From positions 372,001 to 436,000 of the forward strand of contig OW569351.1 in the NCBI GenBank assembly GCA_937625935.1: DNA of 64,000 bases, written 5' to 3'. The DNA comes from Tetramitus jugosus (lineage: Eukaryota > Protista > Heterolobosea). Each line of letters begins with the position of its first letter. Position 1 is the first letter of the stretch. Under the pieces are notes generated by a model. That model had not been told where the DNA came from, ran no database searches, and saw only the letters and a program-made list of their open reading frames with translations. Of the stretch, positions 37,463 to 47,205 are shown in pieces. Position numbers and translations under genes: made by a program.

Positions 37463-38907
37463 ATGTCAGACAACAAACATCCTAAAATTCTTGCGATCAG
37501 AGAGTCGAATGTCTATGGTGCAGGAGACACTCATCATCACCAAACAGGATTCAATCAGCCGTACTATGAGCAAATGGGTACCAAAAGTGACTATCTGTGT
37601 TCATCATCTGCTAACACTGTCAAGTCATTCGCTCAGGTGGTGCAATACGGTTCGATGGGAGAGGAATTTATGTCCGAGGAGGAACTTTTGCAACCAAATG
37701 AATACGTTGTCAATATCTCTTGTGGTGTGAATCATTCACTGTTTGTGACCAATTTTCGTCGTGTGTTTTGTTGTGGTGATAATGGGAGTGGTAATTGTGC
37801 AAAGGTACAGTCGATAGCCACTGTGAGTCAAGTGACATTGATACCAGAGTTGACCCATTGTAATATTGTGGAAACAAAGTGTGGAAATATGCATTCATTG
37901 TTCATTAGTGAAGGATATGAATGTGTGTACGTATCAGGATACAACATCTATGGTGAATGTGGATTGGCCTCTGGATTTCACAATATCAATAGTGTGAAAA
38001 AGCTGGAGAAAATTGAAGGCAAAAAGTTGAAGTGTGTTGCACCTAGTGCGTTCCACACAGTCTTTGTAACGGTTGATGACTGTGTTTATACTTCTGGATA
38101 TTGTGCATTTGGATCGTTGGGTCAGGGTCATCAGAGTCAACCTTGTCCACTTCCTGTCAAAGTGAATCATCCTGATCTGGCCAATGGATTGAAGAGAATC
38201 AAAACTGCAGTGTGTGGACAGTGGCACACCATAGTAATCATAGAGGATGGATCGGCTTACTCTTGGGGCTATAATATTCATGGTCAATGTGGTTTAAACT
38301 CATCTTCATTGAGTGATGTTGCAAGTCCATCGTTAGTTACTGGGATTCCTCCACATGAGAAACTTGTTGATGCAAGGTGTGGAAGTTGCTTCACTGTGTT
38401 TAGAACTGAGTCAAACACTTTTTATGGATGCGGATCCAACGATCATGGTGCTCTAGGGCTTCCTACTGTTTATCGACAATCAGTTGTCGCTCATATTCCT
38501 CTGTCAATTGGAACTGTGCTCGATTACAGTTGTGGAACAAATTTTACAGTGTTTACAACAAAAGAAGGAGGTGCCTACACATGCGGTTACCAAGGGTTTG
38601 TACTCTTGATATTGTTTTCTGTTTGATACGTCGAAAAACTCACTCATCCTCTCTTGTTAATGGTAAAAGTTCCGGATTAGACAACATTTTTCAACTGCAA
38701 GATGACAGACAGATTGGTGAAATAACTCTGCCATGGGTTGTTTCTCGGACCGAGTCCCGCGAACTACATGTGGCATGTGGTCAATCAGGTTTGCACATAA
38801 TGTTGTACAATGTGCCAAAAAACACTCATCCCATCTTCTCAAACAAGCTCTTTGCCGCTCAACAAAAGGCGCTTCTGTGTGATATGACCGTTGTATTCGA
38901 GGAGTAA
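37463..38907 (+). CDS. RCC1-repeat protein
   Basis: Repeated CGxxHSLF / GYNxxGQCG units; intron 38596-38669 joins YQG to SGLDNIF and reaches the stop at 38907. Confidence 0.88.
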
Positions 38908-39179
38908 ACCACTTGGATTTCTTTTGAATTGGACATTCGCTTTCGCCAAATGACATGCAAGATCTTCTCCACAGCTATGAATAGTTCATATGAATGTTAC
39001 CTCTCACAGATAGACACCACTGATGAAGCGAAGTAAAATAGACAGTGAAAAAGGAGTCCAATTCTTCCAAGATATCGGGATATTTTCATCAAATCGAAAA
39101 TGCGCAAAAACATTTTTTGCCTCTCTTTGCAAAAGTTCACAGAATCACGAGAACACCAATAACAAACAAACGCTCAGTT

Positions 39180-39622
39180 ATGTCCGCCGTCTCAAAATCT
39201 CAAGTTCTTTCACTGTACAGACAAATCCTCAGGGTATGATTTTTCAAGTAGTAGATCCATCTGTCACTTGTGATGATCAATTTGAAGCAAAATTTTTGTT
39301 GACCAACTTTTCAACTTTCAAAACAACAATTACAAATAACAATAACAATGGGACACAACAACAGGGAGGATCGCAATTTGTCGACTATAACTTTAGAAGC
39401 TATACACATCGAATTGCAAAGGAAGATTTTCGCAAGTTTGCCTCAGAAAGTGATCCACAAATGATCGAAGCACTGTACAACAGAGGATTAGAACAGTTGG
39501 GTGTTGTCCAGAGACAAGCAATCAATAATCGCATGTATTCTAAGAAGTTGAGCATTATTGATCCAAAGTCTCGCTCATTCTTACAACAGGAAGACGCTCA
39601 TTTATCCAGGTTTGCTCAGTAG
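39180..39622 (+). CDS. ISD11: LYR-motif protein ISD11/LYRM4 (Fe-S cluster assembly)
   Basis: Exon 1 MSAVSKSQVLSLYRQILR; intron 39234-39364; exon 2 GGSQFVDYNFRSY..FR..QAINNRMY. The ORF track misses the real start. Confidence 0.9.
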
Positions 39623-39729
39623 TAAAAGAAACAATTTTCTCGCAAGTTCTTCAGGCCCACAAGCTTTTTGCAATCGGAAAAATACTGCAACAGCGAAAAA
39701 AAAAAGTGAAAAAAAAACGTGATTTCATC

Positions 39730-41292
39730 ATGCAACGTCACCTATCGAAAACAGCGTTCATTGCTGGTCGTACTACCAGTCGTGTTGCATTCCAGCAACA
39801 CCTCTTCAACAAATCAACGACTCACATTGTTCGTCACACATTTCACTCATCCTCATCACCATCAAAGCTACAGTACAATGATAATGATGATGATAATGAG
39901 AACAACAATAACATGAATCACAATCACAATAATAACAATATTACTCAAAAGAGTGTGGAAGCTCTCAGTTATCAAAAGTTTTTGGCACAGGAACAAAAAA
40001 AATATGAAAATCACTTGCAATTCCTGTTGCCTCACCACGTTCTTCCCCATCGCAACAACAAACATCAACATTCCAACAACAACAACAACAACAGTAACAA
40101 TAATAATAATAATAGTGACAAAAACTATAGTAATGCATCGTCGTATGGAGAGAATGTCAATCGTTTGGTGATGCGTTTCGATGGTTGTCACTTTTCTGCG
40201 TTTACAAGGCCGTTTCACAAGCCGTTTGATCCGTTTATTCATCGAGCACTCGTGTCCGTCGCAGAAGACTTGCTCAAGAATTATCCATTGACAACAGTGT
40301 ACGTGTGCAGTGATGAGATTACTGCAGTGTTTGACGGATTTGTGCATCAATCGAATCGAATTGTTGCTTCTCGCAATGATCACACATCTCCGACAGTGGT
40401 CAATGATGTGGATGATCGGTCCTTTATGGGTGGTCGTGTACAGAAAATGGTGAGCACTTGTGCGAGTTTTGTGTCTGTACGGTTCAAGCATCACTTGTCT
40501 CAATTGTTGGCCAATGCTGGAGATTCTGCCTATGACAGAGAGAATCATCCAGTGTACCATGTGAAATCAATGGATCAAATCAAGGATTTTTGGCATGAGA
40601 AGCCTTATTATGATCCATCGTCTCACATTGTCAAGAGTGGTGGTGGTGCGACAAATGGAGCAGTTACAATGCTCAAGAGTCACACTATCAAGAAGGCTGG
40701 TGGTCATTCAATGACAACAGGCAATAAGAATAACAACAATAGAAATAATAGTGGTGGTAACAATGGTGGTGGGAATTTTGTCAAAGCAAGAATGACTCAA
40801 ACAACGAGCCAAATCAGGCAACACATTGATGATCACTTGGGCATATTTGATGCAAGAGTTGTTTTGTTGCCTACGGATTTTCTCGTTCTCAAGAATATTA
40901 TTTGGCGATCGAGACATGATTGTATGAGAAACAGCAAGACACTCTTATCTCGGTGCTATTACACTCCCAAAGCAATGCATGGGGTCAGTGCGGATCATCT
41001 CGTTGAGAGACTTTACAAGGAACACAAAGTACTATGGGATGATATGCCCAACGCATTCAAGTACGGTACATTTGTGAAGAAGGAGACATATCAACACACG
41101 GGAGTGAATCCATTGTCCGGTGAGATTTCAACTACTGAGAGACATAGACCAAGAGCCAGGAGTTTCTTGTTGCATGATTGCCACAGTGAAGAGCATGTGA
41201 ACACTGTGATGTCATCAGGCTTTTTGTTTGCAAAGAAGTGGGAGGATGTGCATGGGGACTTTTGGAAATTCTGTGTCCAGGCTCATGAATAG
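39730..41292 (+). CDS. Thg1-like protein (3'-5' RNA polymerase, TLP), likely mitochondrial
   Basis: RFDGCHFSAFT, KPFD, SDEIT, GRVQK, FDARV, WRSRHDCMRNS, KYGTFVKK; R/S/T-rich N-terminus lacking acidic residues. Confidence 0.9.
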   Translation: MQRHLSKTAFIAGRTTSRVAFQQHLFNKSTTHIVRHTFHSSSSPSKLQYNDNDDDNENNNNMNHNHNNNNITQKSVEALSYQKFLAQEQKKYENHLQFLLPHHVLPHRNNKHQHSNNNNNNSNNNNNNSDKNYSNASSYGENVNRLVMRFDGCHFSAFTRPFHKPFDPFIHRALVSVAEDLLKNYPLTTVYVCSDEITAVFDGFVHQSNRIVASRNDHTSPTVVNDVDDRSFMGGRVQKMVSTCASFVSVRFKHHLSQLLANAGDSAYDRENHPVYHVKSMDQIKDFWHEKPYYDPSSHIVKSGGGATNGAVTMLKSHTIKKAGGHSMTTGNKNNNNRNNSGGNNGGGNFVKARMTQTTSQIRQHIDDHLGIFDARVVLLPTDFLVLKNIIWRSRHDCMRNSKTLLSRCYYTPKAMHGVSADHLVERLYKEHKVLWDDMPNAFKYGTFVKKETYQHTGVNPLSGEISTTERHRPRARSFLLHDCHSEEHVNTVMSSGFLFAKKWEDVHGDFWKFCVQAHE

Positions 41293-41550
41293 TAACCAGG
41301 TTTCCATGGGCTTCATACTGTATCGACAATATAAATTGTTCTCAAACAAAACAGCTGTTTCTGTTGTTCATGTCAAGACCAAGTTCGACCGAAACAGATG
41401 TCGTTGATTTCACTGCATTCAGAATGAAGCGTAGTTTGCGTACTTGTAGGTCTTGCTTTTGGCGGCAAGTTTTTAAAACTACTGAATAGAGCTATCAAAA
41501 CAATCTCATTTTGACCTTTCTATCATAGTTCAAACCACCAAAGATGAAGA

Positions 41551-43225
41551 ATGATGAAGAATCGTCAAAAGGCCAATAAGAAATTAGAACTATCACAAGC
41601 TGAGCATGAAGATTATAGAAGAGTGGACCATGCCCATTTTGGTCAACATATTCTGGATGATGCAGAGCCATATTCACCTCTAGACTCTGTGCACAGTCGT
41701 TTCGATGAGGAAGAGTGCTTTGATCATCCTCCTCGGTTGATTGTTTATGCTGATTATTCAGCACGGTCTGAATTCAGTCTCGATTTTCAATATGTAAGTA
41801 GATGACGTGTGTGGTCCATGTGATTTTTGAGTAAGCTAATAGTTTGAAGGAGGAGGAATCAGAGGCTGAGGTGAGGATCAATCATTTGTTGAAGGCAATG
41901 GATTATCAATTAGAGAGCACTGATTGGGGCGACTTAAGTGGCAAACAGACATACTTTGAGGACGAAGAGGCAGATGGAGATTTTTTCAATCGATCATTCT
42001 TATTAGACCGATCTAATAAGAAGAAATCACAAGAAGAAGAACTAAGGAATTATTGCAAGATATGGGGCACTAGATTCTGTCATATGGGGTATGAAATATG
42101 CAATGAAATTACTGTTTGATTACCTAAGCTTATTTTTCAACATTTAGAGTGAGAGGAACATCGATAGTGGGAGAACAGTCCTATGATGGCTTTACTTCTT
42201 TGGAGGATATTTCGAAGAATGATATGACAGTACGAGATATTGCACTATTTGGAGGAGTAGAGGAGGAGATAATAGAGGAAGAAGGTGATTATTCCGAACT
42301 TATCGCTCTTGATGTGACTCTACCAGTTGATGAAAGCGAAAAGGATGTATGTGTCCAGAGAAGGAAAAGATACTCTGCCAAAGGGTTTCCACCTATCGAG
42401 CCCGAGGAGTGTATGAAGGACAATGTTTTGCATCTATTGTTTGAGAATATATGGAGCCGAATGTGTGAAGTGATGAAACCCCTTTGTATGACCTATGTCA
42501 TATCGCCACGGGCCCCACGACATCTCCAACTTAAAACAGTGACAAAGAAGAATCCGGCCATGCATGTTGAACCATTTCGAACCCTTATGAAACCATCAAA
42601 CAGTTCAATGGATCAAAATATTCAATTTGGATTGGGAGATGCTGTGAGCATACGGCCGTACAGAACATCAACTCCCCAGAGCACGACCACAAAGAAGAAA
42701 GGGAGACGGAGGAGAAAACAAAAGGACTCCACAAAACCTAATGTTTCAAGACGGAAACAAAAGCAAAAGACTGGGATCGGTAGTGAAAGAGATTACAATC
42801 AAACTCACTATGAAAAAGAAGCTCCTAGCAACTCTCCAGCTCTCACGAAGGACAACATGTTTCCACCCTTGTATCAAAAACCGATTATGCAGAGAACGAA
42901 TACATATGATAACTCTAGTTCGAATCCAAGTTTCAAGTTCCCTTCGATAAGGGGGGTACAGAGAGCACCGAAATACTTGTTAGCTCGAGCTCAAACAGCA
43001 ATCCCACCTGACTATTTTGTGCCCCCTATGATTCATAGACCAACTTCTACAAGATCGAAACAACATCATGTTGTTTTTCGAAACGCTCCAAAGAGAGACA
43101 CTCTGTTTCAGAACTATTCAGCATCGGAGCAGAAAGTCATCAAATTTGATTCTTCTCTCTCTGTTCACTCGGCACCACTTCATTTACTCAACGAGGAACA
43201 CAGCAATCAAAAACTTCATAAATAA
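41551..43225 (+). CDS. FAM149-like (DUF3719) ciliary protein
   Basis: Three exons (introns 41794-41849 and 42089-42147) give MDYQL..EELRNYCKIWGTRFCHMGVRG..EEIIEEEG..PPIEP, resembling DUF3719 (EECQQW..RFPHLR..G). Confidence 0.6.
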
Positions 43226-43250
43226 GTTACGTTTGTCACATACACTCTGT

Positions 43251-43868
43251 TTACTTTACAATCTGACTTAAATCATCCAACATTCGCACGACATTATTGT
43301 ACTCTAGTTTGTCCACCATTATCCTGATATTTTTCATCATGAGAGAGATTCTTTCCTGAGTCAATACAAAGTTTTCCTCCACATCTTTCACAAACTCCTC
43401 TTCACCCGGAAACGCATCACCAATAATCATTTTCAATTCCAATTCCTTCCAATAATCCTTCTCGTACCTCAGGTTCTTTAACAGTTTCATTTGTTCATCT
43501 AATAGAGTTACGTCCTTATCGATTTCATCATCTACTGACTTGCTGAGAACGGAGGTCAAATCCAACGCCTTTTCAATTGTGATGGCAAGTTCAACTTTTC
43601 CTTCTTGTTGAGCATCTCTCAACTCCTTCTCTAACCGACTCCTAAAATTCTTGAATTCTTCCTTTATAAATGTCTTCAGCTCCTTTTGTTTGGTGACCAA
43701 GTGTCTAATTTGACCTTCCAGAACCAGAATTTCAGAGTTTGTAAAAATACGTTCATATTGAATGTTAGTCTTTTGTTCTGGTACAGTTGGTTCTACTGTC
43801 GAAGGAGGAGTTATAGATGCTGATTGATTCGTTGCTTCTCTTGGTGATACAGTCGATATGGAACTCAT
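43251..43868 (-). CDS. Hypothetical helical protein (~205 aa)
   Basis: Clean ORF from ATG MSSIST; no family recognised. Confidence 0.7.
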   Translation of the reverse strand: MSSISTVSPREATNQSASITPPSTVEPTVPEQKTNIQYERIFTNSEILVLEGQIRHLVTKQKELKTFIKEEFKNFRSRLEKELRDAQQEGKVELAITIEKALDLTSVLSKSVDDEIDKDVTLLDEQMKLLKNLRYEKDYWKELELKMIIGDAFPGEEEFVKDVEENFVLTQERISLMMKNIRIMVDKLEYNNVVRMLDDLSQIVK

Positions 43869-44013
43869 TTCCCAAAAATTCACAACAGTTGTCGTAGTTT
43901 TTTCACTGGCATCGGTCTTTTTTCTTTCGAAATTTTGGCGCCCAAAATATTAATTGTCCTCTCCAACTTCAACCAAAAGAGAGATCAAGAACTGAGAACT
44001 GAGAACGAGAGAG

Positions 44014-44949
44014 ATGAGCCACCGTTCAACACCCAGTTCAAGATCTGGTCACCGTAAATCTGCACTGCCAGCTTCATCTGTCCACTCCTTCTCCACCTGC
44101 ATCAAGAAATCCCACCACGATCGTGATGTACAAGTGGAGAGTCATGATGTTCCTCGAAGCAGTTACTTGACAACTGTCGATGATTTGTTTTCTGATTTTT
44201 TGACTCGGGTCCAACCTGTTTTGTTGCAAATTTTGGAGTATGTGGATACGTTTACGCTCTGTGAGTGCTCTCAGGTTTGTCACTTGTGGCGTCGTGTCTT
44301 GTGTTCGCGGGAGGATTTGCAGGAGCGGAGTAATTCGCTGAGATTACAATTGTCAAGGGGGCAGTTAGAAAAATTGCAGAATCGTTTCAAGCACACATTT
44401 CAGTATGAAAGCAAGCATCACTTTCATATGAAACAGTATGGCAATGCACCTGCTAGTGTTGCAGTGGAGAGTGAGACTGGTATGAGCAGTGGTGGTGTGG
44501 ATGCTCTGATCATCTCGCCGCAATCATCCTTTAGGATAAAGTATATGGTACGACACGTTTGTTTATTGAGAGCCAAGGAAGCAATGACACACCACATAAA
44601 ACACATTTGGTTCAATGAACAATTGCAGCCAAAGAGTGGTGAAACGTGGATCGTCCCATTCAGAGAACAATTGTTGCATTGGAGTGAGCGAATAGAGTCT
44701 GAGAAGCATGAGTTTGTGTCGAGTCTACTCAGACAGGTACAACATTGGGACAGGGACCAAATTTTGACAGAGACTTGGGATTATACCAGGCAACGTGTCA
44801 CTTATACAGGTGACTTGGGCGGATTTCATTGTAGTGTCACTGTTCTTCCCAGTAAGCGACCATGTGTTAAGATTGATGAAATGGAGGACAATTTAGAGCA
44901 TGATGACTTAAGTTTAACGTTTCACGATCAATTAAGATTTACTCCTTAG
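44014..44949 (+). CDS. F-box protein
   Basis: PVLLQILEYVDTFTLCECSQVCHLWRRV fits the F-box consensus. Confidence 0.75.
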   Translation: MSHRSTPSSRSGHRKSALPASSVHSFSTCIKKSHHDRDVQVESHDVPRSSYLTTVDDLFSDFLTRVQPVLLQILEYVDTFTLCECSQVCHLWRRVLCSREDLQERSNSLRLQLSRGQLEKLQNRFKHTFQYESKHHFHMKQYGNAPASVAVESETGMSSGGVDALIISPQSSFRIKYMVRHVCLLRAKEAMTHHIKHIWFNEQLQPKSGETWIVPFREQLLHWSERIESEKHEFVSSLLRQVQHWDRDQILTETWDYTRQRVTYTGDLGGFHCSVTVLPSKRPCVKIDEMEDNLEHDDLSLTFHDQLRFTP

Positions 44950-44962
44950 AGAGAAATCATTC

Positions 44963-46007
44963 TTATGTGGTTCTACGCATAGTGGTTTGCTTTGGATCTG
45001 ATTGAGGTGTATAAATCATGGATACAGATATTGTTCTGGGTGATGCTGATGACATATCTATGGATGAATTAAACGTTGGAGAGGGTGTTTCTGTAGTCTT
45101 CGTTATCGTCTTGATGCCCGATGCTGCTGAGATGTTCTGTCTCGGTGTTGGAACTGGAGACAATGATATCATTTCTTTGTGCTCCGTTGAAATGTTACCA
45201 TTTTTGCTGCCGTTTGATCGACAATGTCTCATTGGTTTATCAGAATTGGATGGACCAGGTGTAAAATTTGGTGATTGTTGTGGAGCTTCTGGTTTCAATT
45301 TCATTGCTATCTGATTGTCACCTCTTCTGAACTGAGATATTGATGTACTATCTGATATATTGATCATTCTATCGTTCATGTTCTTATTATTGTGATTCCT
45401 TTGAATATGCGATGTGTGTGGTACCTGCGTGGGAAACTTCAACGAGGGCACTGTTTGTTTTTGTTCAGCTATTCCTACTTGTACAGCTGGAGAGCTGCGG
45501 ACACCTGATTTAGAAGGGATGAGTTGTGATAATGGTGGAGATTTCGGAGATGACTCATACTGGTGCGGTTCTTCTGTCTCGACATTGTTACTCTTCGCCC
45601 TGATATCTGTTCTATTGGGCGTCTGGTAGGTGCTGCGAACAGATGTATTCCTATGCTTCAAATTATCCTGATTCGGCGAATAATAATTAAGGTATTCCTC
45701 AATGGTAGAGTTGTGATTATCACTCGTCGTACTTTTGTTAACATTGTTCAGTTTTTCCTTCAAATCCACAATCTCCAGCTCTAGTTCTTGTCTTCGGCTG
45801 ATCTCGGATTCTAGTCGATCTTGAAGTGTGAGCATATTCCTATTGAGTTGTTTTAGATATTCTCTGTTCTTCTCTTCGATTTTCTGTGCGGCATGAGTAA
45901 GTTTCAAAGTTCGATTTGATGCAGAGATCAATAATGAGTACCTGTTGTTGGATCAAGAGAGTCACAGCTTGCTCTAATTTTTCTATCCTCGACGTGTTCG
46001 TTTCCAT
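44963..46007 (-). CDS. Hypothetical protein: short coiled coil plus S/T/P-rich disordered tail
   Basis: Exon 1 METNTSRIEKLEQAVTLLIQQQ joined in frame by intron 45884-45941 (GTACTC..ACAG) to KIEEK. Confidence 0.7.
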
Positions 46008-46088
46008 ACTTTGTTTATTACGTTAATTCAACACAGCTCACGACTTAGGGTCGTGCATGAAAAGTTTTTCTCTTTCTTGCTTGTAAGG

Positions 46089-46111
46089 CAAAAGGACATC
46101 GCCCACCGAGG
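46089..46111. repeat. Displaced copy of tRNA-Lys 3' end plus trailer (23-bp direct repeat, distal copy)
   Basis: CAAAAGGACATCGCCCACCGAGG is identical to 46690-46712. Confidence 0.95.
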
Positions 46112-46689
46112 TTTATTTAGCCGCCAAATAAAGCGTTAATTGTTTTAAACAGTTTCTATCTTTTTTTTTTTTTTTTTAGAGAAAAAAAAATCTCTAGTAC
46201 AACTCCTTCACAGAATTGTAAACTTTCATAATTATTGAATGGTTTTTGTGGTAATTGTATATCCTCTATCCTCCTATATTTTGGAGACAATCCGACAAGC
46301 AACAATCTCGTTGTATACTCATTGTATACTGTCTACCTCAACATCATGGAGTTAAGGAAGTCAACTACCTGAGCCCTCGTTTTAAAAATGACCCAACCAG
46401 TTAATGTTGTTTCCCTGAGGTATCACCCTTCAACCTTATTTCAATCAATTCAAACTATTTAAATCCATCAACAGCCACGATTCCTTGGTAAATACAATAG
46501 GGGTAGAAGGTGGATGAAACAGCTGCCAATGAATGAGGGCAACAGTGAGATCAATCACCTCATGCTCGACCACGTCGCTAGATGTTCTCTTTCTTTTGAT
46601 TTTTGATTGTATTTTATGGTGTGTTTATTGTAAATACATTGTAAAACTTGTTGTAAATAAAAAGTCCGTCAAAAAGGCTCAGGCGGAGA
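46112..46689. mobile_element. Putative tRNA-3'-end-integrated element remnant (578 bp)
   Basis: Bounded by the perfect 23-bp repeat; AT-rich; T17 tract, hairpins, broken reading frames on the minus strand; no integrase or RT visible. Confidence 0.65.
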
Positions 46690-46700
46690 CAAAAGGACAT

Positions 46701-46773
46701 CGCCCACCGAGGGGCTCGAACCCTCGACCACAAGGTTAAGAGCCTTGCGCTCTACCGACTGAGCTAGACGGGC
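46701..46773 (-). tRNA. tRNA-Lys(CTT)
   Basis: GCCCGTCTAGCTCAGTCGGTAGAGCGCAAGGCTCTTAACCTTGTGGTCGAGGGTTCGAGCCCCTCGGTGGGCG folds to a cloverleaf; followed by a TTTT terminator. Confidence 0.97.
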
Positions 46774-46802
46774 TTGGATATCAAAAAACAATCATGTTTA
46801 CT

Positions 46803-47178
46803 CCAGATTATTCAAAAAGTAAAAAACTAGGAAAAAACGGAATAACATGGTGATTCAACAAAGGAACACGGCAACAGCCGTTATGCAGTGTGGACCACAA
46901 AGGCTCTAGGCCAAGTGACAGAGAGGTCGTCATTACCGGCAACAAGGTAAAGGCCATGGTCACTCGATACGTCGAGAGACCACATGATCCTCTCAAGGCT
47001 GTCAACAAGAGGTTGACGAAGATGTACGAGGAGCTGCTGACGGTGGTTGACGCACTGCGTCGACAGGTCACAGAACTCACCAAGGAATTGGCAAAGACAA
47101 AGGGTCAACAAACCAGTTCCGATACCGGAACTAGAAGTTGCATAAAGAACTGGTGTTAAAAACCAGATTATTCAAAAA
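46803..47178 (+). mobile_element. Putative tRNA-upstream insertion (344 bp) with 16-bp target-site duplication
   Basis: CCAGATTATTCAAAAA at 46803-46818 and 47163-47178; interior GC-richer than flanks with an 89-codon coiled-coil-like frame (46890-47159); ends in A5. Confidence 0.65.
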
Positions 47179-47205
47179 TCAGAATCCCTTGGATGCACTT
47201 TTTCT

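Noticed and set aside
39023-39622. 199-aa unspliced ORF
   Set aside because: It reads through an intron; the spliced ISD11 model restores the LYR motif.
46112-47162. Autonomous transposon or LTR element around tRNA-Lys
   Set aside because: No transposase, integrase or RT frame, no LTRs or TIRs; the two inserts have separate repeats and no visible similarity.
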